This document shows, one piece after another, positions 1-11,759 of a stretch of DNA of 64,000 nucleotides (positions are counted from its first letter, which is position 1; every line of letters begins with the position of its first letter). The notes below the pieces were generated by a model, which had not been told where the DNA came from, made no database searches, and worked only from the letters and a program-made list of their open reading frames with translations. The position numbers and the translations under genes were made by a program. The DNA comes from Octopus bimaculoides. Lineage: Eukaryota. The stretch spans positions 6,471,643 through 6,535,642 of the forward strand of contig NC_068990.1 of the NCBI RefSeq assembly GCF_001194135.2, in the 5' to 3' direction.

Positions 1-246
1 TGCCCAGTAGTGCAATTTTTTGTATGTTATATATATTTGTAAGTCCTGGTATTTTTGTTATGTATTTGTCTGAATATCCTTTTATCATACCTAAGGCGCC
101 TACTATGATAGGTATTGTTTCTGTTTTTAGATTCCATATTCGAGTTACCTCTATTTCCAGGTCTTTGTATTTTGAAAGTTTCTCCATTTCTTTTAGGGAA
201 ACGTCATCTGCTGGTATTGATACATCAATTAGAAAGCATTTTTTCC
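1..246 (-). mobile_element. 5'-truncated R4/Dong-clade non-LTR retrotransposon, restriction-like endonuclease C-terminus
   Basis: Open minus frame KKCFLIDVSIPADDVSLKEMEKLSKYKDLEIEVTRIWNLKTETIPIIVGALGMIKG...IQKIALLG. The 5' junction abuts (TAA)n at 248-308. Confidence 0.85.
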
Positions 247-247
247 T

Positions 248-308
248 TTATTATTATTATTATTATGATTATTATTATTATTATTATTATCATTATTATA
301 TTATTATT
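248..308. repeat. (TTA/TAA)n microsatellite
   Basis: Directly visible; adjoins the R4/Dong fragment. Confidence 0.97.
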
Positions 309-635
309 CACTGCTGAATTTTCAAGTCACTCTTCGTAGTAAAGGATTTTTAAAAGATGGAATAGTTTTTATAAAAACTGCTCGCAAAGTCTATCCGTAT
401 ACAGACAACATAGGAAAAAATTCTTTAAGTTGCTTGCATACAAAGAAATTGGTTTCAAAACCTTCGAGCCACACCCTCTCAAAAGAAAACTAAAAATGAA
501 TAACGCACTTCACAAACAACAAATAAATAAAAAAAAAGAATTGTAATTTAATTGTGCAACAAAATATTAATGTTGAACATGAATAAAAAGAAAATATTTT
601 AACAACCACTTTGAATACCTGAGTGAAAATGCTGT

Positions 636-636
636 C

Positions 637-703
<67 letters not shown>

Positions 704-717
704 GCAGCAGCAGCAGC
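636..717. repeat. Compound (CAA)n-(CAG)n microsatellite
   Basis: Directly visible; produces the poly-T and poly-L pseudo-ORFs. Confidence 0.97.
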
Positions 718-959
718 ACCGTCACATACACACGTTCTTTATCAAACGAAAAATATTTCCGTTCTTTCACAATGCAACAACACTTTTGCTGCTATTTTAA
801 ACAATTCCCGATGTCCAAATATGAAAGAAGCAGTAAGAGCTAGACATGTTTCACGAAACGGCTTCTCTCTGCTGGCCACTATATATAGAATCAAATAAAA
901 GAATAAAAATATCTATAACTGTCTTCCAAAAAAAAAAAAAAGAAAAAAAAGAATGAAGA

Positions 960-2343
960 AGGATTTCAGCCATCAGCAAATCCTTAAAAGAACAGCTGGA
1001 AGAAGCTTCGTTATACGATGTGTGGTGCAAACCATCTCTCTAGAGAAGGGAAGAATGTATGAACCCGTTTGCATAATTTTTGATATTGAAAGCACAGCCC
1101 AAATATAGGCTAAAGGGGTTAAGGTACATATCCACACCTACAGGTATGCTCCAATATTTAGGCCAAAGAGATACAGGCGGGGTGGTGTCAGTCAAGGGTA
1201 CCGGCAACGGTTGTGACTTCTGGTTTGTTGAATATCAGAGGATTGGAAGGTGATCAAAGTGTGTGACAAAGGACGATGTGTGATTAGGAGGGGGTCAGAA
1301 AGGATTTATAAGAACTAATGACCTCTTCGAAAGCAATAGGGCCATTCTGGAACAATGCCTTATTGCAAGAGCAGAACCTTTGAGAGCCGCTGTAGACGGC
1401 AAAAAGGTTTAGTTGTTAACCTGTAGAAGCAAGTGACATCTGGAGGTAATTTGCCCTGAAGAACTAGAGAAGGTAAAAAAGAAAGGTAAATTGTAAAGAG
1501 CAATAATAACAACGCCAACTACATCAGGTCCAATCTCTAAGTCACCTTCTGCCTCATCAGCAGCACAATCAACATGAACAGCAACAACGGTGTATCGTTC
1601 TGCTATAACCACACTCACCACTACATTAATGATTTTCGATGAAGTAAGGGATAACAATATTACAAACATTGACAACACTGTCACTGCCATAATCACAACA
1701 GCCATCGCTAAATATAGCACTAAATACAGTTCAGTTCGGAAAGACGGTGAATCCTTTATGAGGGCGAGGAAAATTGTATAATAAAACAGCTAATGCGCAT
1801 TTTTGTTAGTATCAAGGAAAGTATTAATGTTTACAAATGCACTGTAAGTTGCAGAAACATCAACACCAAGACTGGTTCTATTGTAAACTTGACGCATTGA
1901 CAGGATGGAAATACTCGAGAAGCATATAAAATCACAAAACTTTTGCGTTTCGTGGCAATCGTTTTGGAACAATAGATGTAAGATTTACTCCCGAAGAAGA
2001 GACGAGCACCCACTCTCTCACCTTTTTAAAATATGAACAATGTTTCTTAATTTCTTCCCATACAGAGAGAAGACTGGCAGAGGTGACAGTGAAAGATGTT
2101 CTGCCAGAAAGAGACGTATGGTGGCTGATAGTGACACAGTAGGTGATGATGAAGAGATCATCCAACACACAGAAAAAGCTTCATCAGAAGCGCGGGTGCT
2201 CAGGAATTGGTATGGAAATGACCATACAAAATAATCTGGAAACAACGCGATAATCCTGGGTATTATACGCAGCTATCGGCAGTGGTTGACAGTAAAAACC
2301 CTATGCGGTCTGGATATTCATCCGGGGGCTTTCTGCTACACAC

Positions 2344-2374
<31 letters not shown>

Positions 2375-3400
2375 GGCAACAGACCCGCACTGCTCCCGAC
2401 AGCTCACGAAGAACAACAACGCTAACAATATGAACAACAGCAAAATGACCACAACTTCAGTAGCAGCAACAAAGCAAAACGATCAACAATTGCAGCCACA
2501 AAAATCGAATCAACAGCTTCAGAAGCAGCAGTAACTACAAAAAACGTTACAACAGCAACACATCCAACAACAACAGGTATCCCCAAAATAACAACAGACC
2601 CTGATTTCAAACCAACCCCAAAAGGAAACTTCCCAGCAATACCTTCATCATCCATCACAGAAAAACGGTAGTGCGCAGGCACAAATAGTTATAGACTCAT
2701 CTTTCCCTCAAAAACGACAGTGTTTTCTTCATCAGAAATATTACCAAGTGACAAAGCCGAGGTGAGAAACCAAACAAATGCGTCAATCTATACGAACTTC
2801 AATTCGGAAGGGCCGTGTCGGCGCATGCAGTTGACGTCACCATTGTGGTGATGGTCACACTGAAGTGGAAACGGTCGACACTGTTCTCAAGAAATACGAT
2901 AGAGTAGCAGGGGCTATGATCAGTTCAGACAAGTCAGAGGATTTGGAGATCGGCACCTGGAAAAGTAGGTCCGTGTCGGCGGACAACATTATTGGGCACA
3001 AGGCTAACGGGCCAGTAAAACTGCCTGGGGTTTGATTTCAGATCTCGACATCCAAGACAAGCCAGAATTTGGACGAGGTATGATGCAGTATAGTCTCTTC
3101 CAAAAATTTGTTGAGAAAACGCTTTTTATGAGATTCGGCGAGAGATGGCAGATTTCTTCGTTGCTTCCATTATTATATTATTTACCTGCCTCACTGCTGT
3201 GCTTTGGAGCCACTGATATTCAACTTTTGTAGGAGGGGCCTTTTCGATCGGTCATGCAGTCCCTCTATTGTCAGCATCCTCTGCATGGTGGGTTCCGTAT
3301 ACACAGTGGCTGCGTTACCTACATACATTCTTAGACGGTGGATAAGTGTGGTTACCGTTTTTGAGGCACATGTTTCTGCTTTGCCTCTCTGATAGAGCTA
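960..3400 (+). mobile_element. Decayed Tx1/L1-clade LINE (ORF1 zinc-knuckle relic, Thr-rich low-complexity region, ORF2 RT C-terminal relic)
   Basis: About 1395-1460 reads VDGKKV*LLTCRSK*HLEVICPEE, a degenerate CX2CX4HX4C. About 2865-3040 reads VETVDTVLKKYDRVAGAMISSDKSEDLEIGTWKSRSV...GPVKLPGV, which resembles the post-catalytic RT region of Tx1-like elements. Many stops and frameshifts. Confidence 0.55.
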
Positions 3401-3994
3401 CAGTCCTAGCTGAAGCAAAGTCCGAGAGTGAATGCTAGCGATTCAATAGCGATAAGCAAGAGCACCGGTGGTAACATTGATCTTATGCCCAAAGTCACTG
3501 AATACATACATAAACATCAGTACGAAGGGTATCAGTTGAACATCCTCTTAAAAACTTTTGTCAAGTGGAAACAGATTCATAACAGTCTGGATATCGTTGT
3601 TTGGGACAGATAAGGAAAATAATGTTTGTTAGTTGCCCTATTGATGTGAATGTCTATCTGAAAATCAAAGAGAAAGAGGGTAACTACGGACAACTGCTTC
3701 GAACTTCAACTTCTATACACAAATTATAAATTCGCATTAATTGGTTTTGTTAGTAAATGCCTAAGGAGGAGTTTTTAGAAAAAGAAATCAACCAGCTAAC
3801 ACACATATTACTAATAAAATCTGTAAGTGGAAGAGTAAAACATACATGACTTTTCTCAAGGGCAAAATGTGACATTATTTTTTATATTTACGTTCTAAAG
3901 ATGGAGCTTTGTATCTTTGTAGGAAAGCAGCTACTTACTTACAGAAGACTTCAAATAATTAAAAGTAGAATAGAACATAATACATACATACATA

Positions 3995-4430
3995 TTACAA
4001 GTTCAGGTTTATACCTGTAGTTATTGGGGCCCTGAGATATGCAACACACTGCCTAAATACCAATCTTGAGAAATTAGGCTTCTCAAAACCAGAAATGAGA
4101 AAGCTAATTCGATGTCTACAGATCCAATCCATCACTGGAACTGTAAAAATCTGTAAAACTTTCCAGAAGTTTATCATTTAAATATATATGAGCATGTCTA
4201 GATATGTAACTATATGTATGAGAATACATACATAAACATACAAATCTGCACATACATACATACATACATACATACATACATACATACATACATACATACA
4301 TACATACATACAAACAAGCAAAAATACCCTGTTGTTGATGTTGAAATCCCAATGAAAGAACCTTGGATCTAGATTAGAAATCGGTTCTTTCTCTATTGGC
4401 AAGAAATCTTGAAATAAACTGAATAATGAC
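3995..4430 (+). mobile_element. 5'-truncated R4/Dong-like element 3' end (ORF C-terminus plus 3' UTR containing (TACA)n)
   Basis: YKFRFIPVVIGALRYATHCLNTNLEKLGFSKPEMRKLIRCLQIQSITGTVKICKTFQKFII*. Preceded by TACATACATACATA at 3981-3994 and ends GAATAATGAC-ATACA. Confidence 0.8.
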
Positions 4431-5747
4431 ATACACACCTATCTACCTACCTACCTACCTACCTACCTACCTACCTGCATATGTATATAGTATGAGTTAA
4501 GCTGCATGACATATAACCAGTTTTAAGAGCTCTATGAGTCTTTATATTCTGAAAGAGAAGGCTGTGAAGAGAATTCGTGTTATTAAGTCCAAATGTCTCG
4601 CTTCTGGTCTCCATAGTTACAAAGATTGCTGAGAATACATAAGAAAAAAAAAAAAAAAGAAAACAACACTGAAATTATTTACTTATACCATACTTACACA
4701 TGTTTCAGCGAATATTTCAAAGCCAACTTACATAGGTTTGGCTCGATGTAAATATTACAAATTCATATCTTTAAAGTTAATTTCAGAATTGAAGTGTTTA
4801 TTGCTTGTTTTTGAATATATATAAACAGCAAAACAATTGGAAAATGTACCTTTAGAAGGCAATACATTGCTAACTATTCTTTCCAAGATGGCAAATAACA
4901 TTTTCAGAAAATGGACTGTAAAGACTTTTATAGCAGTGAAGAGTGTAACTGGTTGTTGTTGATTTATATATATATGATAATGACAAATATATACATTTAC
5001 AAAGACTTACTGACCCAAATTTCGGCTTTTACACATACGCGCATTCAGACATGTATACATGTTTACACTAACTCACAGCTACAAGTATATAAGTATATAC
5101 ATACAGAAATAAAATTATAAATAGAGAAATATACTTTGATAAAATTTATTTTACCCTTGGATATTCATATTTAACAACAAGATAAATTAGTTACATGTCT
5201 GCATTAATATATATATATAATTTAAAAATTAATACAGACAATAAGCTTGCTCGGCAGGTTAAAAGAATTCCATGTTTATATCTCAAGATAACACTTCAAA
5301 ACGCAGAGAGTCAATTTTCGAAGCATGAAGATATGGAAGACAATAAGAATAAAAATAGGATTAATAAAACGGTTTTCTATAGAAGGGAGCGGAAATTTAG
5401 TAAGATATTAAAAAGTAAATAAGAGATGATTTTGGTATAAGAGAAGGTTAAATATAAAAGAATGAATTAAAAACTCATATATTTAACATTAACAATCTAG
5501 AAAATAAAGAATAGTAGAGACAGAGAAAAAACAACAAAATGAAACTAAGTAAAAGTTCTTAGTGATTACATTTAAGAAATATAAGAATTGATGTCAACAA
5601 AAAAATATGAATAACATGGAATTAAAAATTAGAAGACATTTTGAGTTAAGAGAGTTCCCCGTGTTTGTAAACATGTGGTTGAGTTAGTGTGTTGGTTCAA
5701 CTGTCGATGCGTACACTCAGGTGTGTGAATCTATTCACAAAAGAATC

Positions 5748-7720
5748 TCAGATGGAGAATTTTTGCAATGTCTCACAAATCTTCATTGTGCTACGAATAG
5801 AGTGGATTTCGAAAATCTGCGTCAGTTTCTTTCGCTCTTTCAAGGTTCTTGTGCAAATTTGTCGGTACATAACCTAATGCATCTATGATGAGAATTCATA
5901 GTCAGGGTACAAGATCTGTAAATTCTGCATTAATTTGCCATAAATATTCTCTTTTTTCTGGACTTTTGATTGTACATTCCCATCCACCGGGCAGCTGACA
6001 TCCAGAGAAGTGCATGACCTTTGTTCCCTATTTCACAGAGCAATATCAGATCTGTTATGTTTGCACCGAATCGATGTTCTTATTGGGTTTCTCCTCTGAT
6101 ATTCCTGGTTTTTAAAGGTATCAATACTTACTGGTTCTGATATGTCTTTGATGCCAGAGCAGTCCTCTCTACGGATAGCAATGTAAATAGTCTTTGCAAC
6201 TATATCATGTCTCAGGGGCAGGTAAGTATGTTGTAGACATTTGGGGGCAGATGCTGATGATGCAGGTGATACCTTCCACACTGGTATAGCAGAGTCGACA
6301 TTTTTTTTTATCACAACGTGGTTTGGTGGTACCTTTGACCCACACGTTTATCAGGTATTTTATTTAGTAGCTATTTCCTGTTCTTGGATAGTGAAAGCAT
6401 ATCCCTCTAGGTGCGATATAACGTATCTATCGCATGTCCAGGAGAGGCTACTCATCCTGTCAATGATGCTGTTTCCCTCTAGCTTACGGGATATGCATCC
6501 ATGCATTGGTTTTTATTGGTATGATGCTTGCTTCTCCTCCAAACCTCTGTTTAGGTGGACCAGTTCAGTTTCCTTTGGGTCGCACGAAACAGTTGTAGTC
6601 TCAGAGTACCTGCACAATTGTACTCCAACTCTGAAGGTGCTGTTGTTCTCGCTATTGAGTATGCAGGGAATATACTTATTTCTTTACCGCTCAGCTGATA
6701 GTCTGAGTGATACAATACGACATTCAAAGTCTGTTTCAACTGATCTCATGCCTCTACGGCCACCACCTTGTCTCACATAAATCCTATCGGAGTCACTGTT
6801 AATTTAGAAATTGCCAGTGGTGGTCAGTTCCTTTCTGGTTTTGATGTCCAAGCTACGTATTTCATCGAGTGTCCATTCCAATATCCCAAATGTTAGTACT
6901 AGCACTGGTACTGAAAAGCATTGTAAAATATGGTCTTATTAAATGCAGACAACTCTGAGTTTCACATTATCTGAAGTCTGCAGAAGTACTCTTTTATTAT
7001 TTTAGCTTTAGTCAGCATCAATGTACGCAACATTCTCATCAGTTCCGAGATATTTGTAGTTTTCATCATTTGAGAGAGGGGAGATTGACAAGCCGTTGAT
7101 GAACATGTTCTCTGCCTGGTAGACAATTTTTCCTCGGTTACCTATCATGTATGAGCGTTTATCTTGCCCAAACTTTATTGCTATATCTCGTGAGAAAGTT
7201 GTGACTAGTTCTAATTGTCTCTTGATGTTGGTTATATTACCAACATATAACTTTGTATCATCAACAAAATATGTTTAAGGTGACATTAATTTTATTCTTC
7301 TCTGCATATCTCAGCATGCAGCCTTGGCATTTCGTTAACAGGGCTGAGAAGGGATTCACTGCCAGTACAAACAGCATTACAAATAAACTATCACACTGGA
7401 ATATGTCTGTTGCTAGCTTAATTCTGTTTGTAACAATAGGTGTTATTTTAGTAGTTGTCAAGGATAACTGTATGGACCATGTTGCAGTCAGTCTTTCAAC
7501 GGCATTTACAGTAGCAGCTGGTACTCTGGCAAAGTGTAGTGATTCTGTCACCCATGAGTAAGGTACAGAGTCGAACTCCTTCTTGTAGTCTAACCATACC
7601 GTTAAGAGATTACAGTCATGCTGCTTCGACAGGACAGCTTTGCTGAAGACGAGTTGTTCAGCACAGTTCCGGATGCTTTTTTACTTCATGCCTGTTCATC
7701 GGTTATCACATCATTTGTTT
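5748..7720 (-). mobile_element. Degenerate R4/Dong-clade LINE: RT, CCHC zinc finger and restriction-like endonuclease
   Basis: Minus-strand motifs: WLDYKKEFDSVPYSW; DIFQCDSLFVMLFVLAVNP; SASAPKCLQHTYLPLRHDIVAK; HNRSDIAL*...LDVSCPVD..K..KK..IY; stop TGA at 5748. Frameshifted. Confidence 0.88.
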
Positions 7721-7753
7721 GGCATGTATGTATGTATGTATGTATGTATGTAT

Positions 7754-8045
7754 GTCATTATTCATTTTTTATCAAGATTTCTTGCCAATAGAAACAGAGC
7801 CGGTTTCTAATCTATATTCAAGGCACCTTCATTCGAATTTCAACAACGTCAATAGGGTATTTTTGTATGTATATGTGAAGATCTGTATGTTTTGTTTCAT
7901 GTATGTATTCTCATGCATATAATTGCATGACTAGATATGCTCATATATACTTAAATGATAAACTTCTGGAAAGTTTTACAGATTTTTACAGTACCATTGA
8001 TGGCTTGGATCTGTAGTCTTCGAATCAGCTTTCTCCTTTCTGGTT
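7754..8045 (-). mobile_element. Second copy of the short R4/Dong 3'-end fragment, flanked on both sides by GCA(TGTA)nTGTC
   Basis: Reverse complement of about 4087-4430. Translates PERRKLIRRLQIQAINGTVKICKTFQKFII*. Microsatellite flanks at 7722-7755 and 8046-8092. Confidence 0.85.
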
Positions 8046-8417
8046 GCATGTATGTATGTATGTATGTATGTATGTATGTATGTATGTATGTCACCACTGG
8101 CATTTATATTCTGAGCCTCTGCAAAAGTATTTAATATCATTTTATATTGCTAAAATGATACTTATCTATTAAATTGATAAAGATTCCAAACATTTTCAAG
8201 CTTGAGAAGAATAGCTGTCGGTGTATTGCCTTCTTATTTAATGTAAACTTACTATTGTTTCTGATTATGTGTTTAAAGGTGAGCACGCAGACCCACTAAT
8301 TCTGGACTGATGATGTGGCTTTGCAATCTTCTCTGAAACGTGTAAGTATGCTATTCCTAAATAATTGCAGAACGAACTCCCCTTCCATTATTGGTTGGCT
8401 GAAATACATAATTAAAT

Positions 8418-8615
8418 AAACAAGAGAACTCAGAGAGCGCAACTCCCCGCCAAGGCAATCAGTTCGTGCCAGTCACGAGCTCAAACATCCCAGAAAGTTT
8501 CATCTGAATCCATCCAGCAGCTCTTGAGATATCTTGTCCACTGGCAAACAAACAAACAAACAAACAAACACGACTGAAAACAATACCCCTGCCTTCGCTA
8601 AGGCAGGGGTAATAA
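8418..8615 (-). mobile_element. Non-autonomous Helentron-associated (HINE/DINE-1-like) element
   Basis: 12-bp perfect stem TACCCCTGCCTT/AAGGCAGGGGTA (8584-8611) at one end. Then ATTGTTTTC, an internal (GTTT)n tract and ...GATATCTCAAGA...GATGAAACTT, ending ...CCTTGGCGGGGAGTTGCGCTCTCTGAGTTCTCTTGTTT. The architecture resembles DINE-1. Confidence 0.6.
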
Positions 8616-8659
8616 ATGAATAAATAAATGAATAATACTCCATCAGTGAGACACAAATC

Positions 8660-8697
8660 ACACGCACACACACACACACTCTCTCTCACACACGCAC

Positions 8698-8762
<65 letters not shown>

Positions 8763-8985
8763 TTTATGGTTGTAATCTCAGTATTATTTCTGAGCGTAGT
8801 TTGAATCAGCTATTTCTCTTTCTCTTTCTCTTTCTCTCTCTCTCTCTTTCTTTTTCTCTCTCTTTCTCTTTCTCTCGATATATGTACATACATACATATA
8901 TGTGTGTATTTCCTTGTTTGTCGGTGTGTGTGTTTGTGTGCATGTGTGTGTATGTGTGTGTACGCATGTGTGTGTGTTTGAAGTG
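8660..8985. repeat. Intron-proximal microsatellites: (CA)n, (CT)n and (TG)n
   Basis: Directly visible. Confidence 0.9.
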
Positions 8986-9136
8986 GTGCTTGTGTTCTCA
9001 GGTGTCTTAATGAATGAAAAATAACTACAAGAACGACAAAGCACCTGTTATAATGCAATATAAAAGATTCATAAAATATTGGAATTGTAAAATATTTGGA
9101 GAAAGTAGAGAAAGTAGAAAAGTGTGATGCTCTTAC

Positions 9137-9457
9137 CTGAATAGCATTTGTCACATTCCAACCAGCCTGCCAGGATGTGATTCGGTTTCTTTCTAATTTA
9201 GCATCCACTGCGTCCATAACAGGAGTTTGGTGCGGACTTCCTAAAGTCTGTTTACCATCTTTTACATCGGAGATCGATGCAGTACCATTGCTTTCCTCTG
9301 TGATGCTACCGAATTTTTTTTTATCGTCAAATATTTCTGTGAGCTCTTTCTCATTCTCAAACTGAGAATACTTGACAAAATGAACGGTTTCATCTGTTGA
9401 ACTCTGTCGTATAAGCGACTTCAACTTTTCTATATAATATATGCTTTTCGCAGTCAT
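9137..9457 (-). CDS. SLC32A1: First coding exon (107 codons) of a vesicular inhibitory amino acid transporter (VGAT/VIAAT, SLC32A1/unc-47 family); gene continues beyond the left window edge
   Basis: ATG at 9457 in aaaATG context. The frame reads MTAKSIYY...KLERNRITSWQAGWNVTNAIQ, and the last 15 aa closely match the VGAT pre-TM1 motif (vertebrate ITAWEAGWNVTNAIQ, recalled). CAG|GTAAGA phase-0 donor at 9137/9136. The remainder of the 215-aa ORF-track call is intron read-through. Confidence 0.9.
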
Positions 9458-9593
9458 TTTATAAATCTGGATTAGTTTGTTTTACCTAAGTCAATATATA
9501 TATTTTCGTAGTACTCTTTCCTGTTTAAGAAAATTTCTTAGCTTCTCTCCTTCTCTCTCCCTACATATGCATACATATATGCATATACATATA

Positions 9594-9642
<49 letters not shown>

Positions 9643-10839
9643 ATATATATCACTTGGGTTCTATTTCTCTATCTCCCTGTTTCACTCCTCCTACACATGC
9701 GGCTGTATTATATGCCACTTTTTCATTCGGTTTTGCAACTTGATGTCATAAAACTGCAAAAGAAAAAAAAATTGTATAATTGTTTTGATAAGAAAATCAA
9801 AGTAAATAAAAATGCATACCTAATACAACAGAATTATCGCTTAAGTGTAGCAGATCTCAGTAAAAGCGAATTAAAAGAAGAAAATGCTACGAATAAAATC
9901 TAACGGAATAAGCACCAGCTATGCCAAAGCAAGAAACGAAGCTAACATCACAATTGAAGTACCACAAGTTTTATACTATATTTCGACACATAAAGATAGG
10001 CAGAAAAAAGACCAAACAAAATTTTTATTGGAACTGCATCTCTTATATATAGCCACTATTAACTACAAAATGTCACTTTTATTCAGCCAATGAATGGGCT
10101 TCTGCTTGGTCGCTAAATCTGTTAGAATAAGATGCATGGTCTCTCCAACATCCCATTCTACTATTTTAGAAAGGAAGTAGAAAGGGCACAATAAAGAATG
10201 GGGTTTAGGGTACACTATGTCTAAATTCAAAGCGGTATGTTCCAACGCATTGATTGTTAGATTATATGATCAGAACTGACCTGGAACAAATTTAATCATA
10301 GTTAAATACACCATTCCAGCCCATTACAGTTTCCATTAGCTGGATACTTGATACAACCACTTCGGTACTTCTGGTCCTTTCTTTTCATGATCTCCAAGAT
10401 TGGTGTGGGGAATGAGAGAAGTTTCTCCGGACTGTTACCTGGCCCTAAAAGCAAAAGATGCAACTCAGGACATAAAAAAAAGCGAAATGGTGTTAAACCG
10501 TGCGGCAGATAACGCCAACCACCCCAAGCAGGAACGGCCCCTCCAATGGACTTCTACAAAAAATGTGTCTACAACGCAAAGTTATGGTAGGAAACACTTT
10601 CCCAATGTTCTGCGTAGTAGTATTGAAAACGGAACCAAGAAGTTGCCAAGTGAAGTGCTTAACCATCCAAGCAAGCCTACGCACCTTGAACGCTAAATAC
10701 TGACAATATCTCATAAAAGGCACGTATCACCAATCTTAATACAATAAGATATGTTTTTAACATAGCCACGTGTCAGAAATTTTGGGAGAATTTTTATGTT
10801 TATACTTGACTGGTACTTTATTTTAACGACCTCGAGAGA

Positions 10840-11315
10840 GATGTGGAGGGGGAGGGGAGATAAGGGAGGGGAGATAAGGGAGGGGAGGGAGAGATGGTGG
10901 TGAGTGAAATGTGTAATTTAAAAAAAACCTTTTCCTCCGTTACTTAGCCCGTCTGTAACGCTTTCGCGTGATTAGTTGAAGAGAAAGGCGAAGAGCGAAA
11001 GTGAAAAGAGAGAGATAAAGAGGGTAAGGCGAAGAGTGAGAGAGAAAGAGAGAAAGAGAGAGAGAGAAAGAGAGAGAGAGAAAGACAGGGAAAGAGAGAG
11101 AGTGTGTTGTGTATTAAGTCTATAAAATTGTGCATAAAGTATATATAACGTGTGCATTAAGTAATCATCGTATTCCAATTTCCTTCACTTTTCAGTGATT
11201 AGCAGATGAATGACTATCTTTTGATACAGACACAACACAGGCTATGCTTTCAGGTCTTTTTTGGATAAAGTTTTCAGATAACCCAATAAGTTTACCATTA
11301 GCTCCGTGAAATATT
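10840..11315 (+). repeat. Dispersed repeat of unknown class, with an inverted homologue at about 24775-25600
   Basis: For example, TTACTTAGCCCGTCTGTAA and GATTAGCAGATGAATGACTATCTTTTG...CACAACACAGGCTA have reverse-complement matches around 25100 and 24850. Confidence 0.8.
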
Positions 11316-11705
11316 TACGGGTCCCGCTAGCAGCATATAATACCAGAATACTTCCTTAAAATCTGATCATAATCGTACAAAAGTAAGCAAGACAAAAATA
11401 ACCTGCAACACATGAATACCTTTTCAGATTAAAAAAAAAACTGAGTAGCACAGTTTTATTTAGCTTAATGAAAATATAACGCAAAACGAACTCTCATCAA
11501 CGTAAAACATATGGACGGTTATACATTGAAGTGAACAACTTTTCAAGCAAATACTACGAGCAGACTTTCATTTCGAAAGTCTATTATCATTACAATTTGG
11601 ATATTTAAAAAAATAAAATATAGATGTTTTGAAGTAATTATGAAAATACATCTTTATATTTATTGTTTACTAATCTAAAAAAAAAAAACCCCAAAAAAAC
11701 CTGTA

Positions 11706-11735
11706 ACCCGGGCAACGCCGGGTAGTTCAGCTAGT
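11706..11735 (+). mobile_element. Helitron-type 3' terminus
   Basis: GC hairpin ACCCGG-gcaacg-CCGGGT, followed 7 nt later by CTAG and then T. The 5' end was not located. Confidence 0.75.
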
Positions 11736-11759
11736 TATTTATGATATTATTCTACAAGT

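Noticed and set aside
567-898. Poly-Leu and poly-Thr ORFs
   Set aside because: Translations of the (CAA)n/(CAG)n repeat; no flanking coding evidence
8279-8348. Plus-strand exon-like segment (AAAG|GTGAG...GTAAGTAT)
   Set aside because: Stops in all three frames; the splice-like motifs are expected by chance
8459-8500. GMFE peptide as possible VGAT exon 2 (GMF...)
   Set aside because: Lies inside the HINE-like element and does not continue as LPYA/TM1
8810-9136. C-terminal half of the 215-aa ORF (VRASHFSTF...HTHAY...ERERE)
   Set aside because: Read-through past the GTAAGA donor into intron and microsatellites
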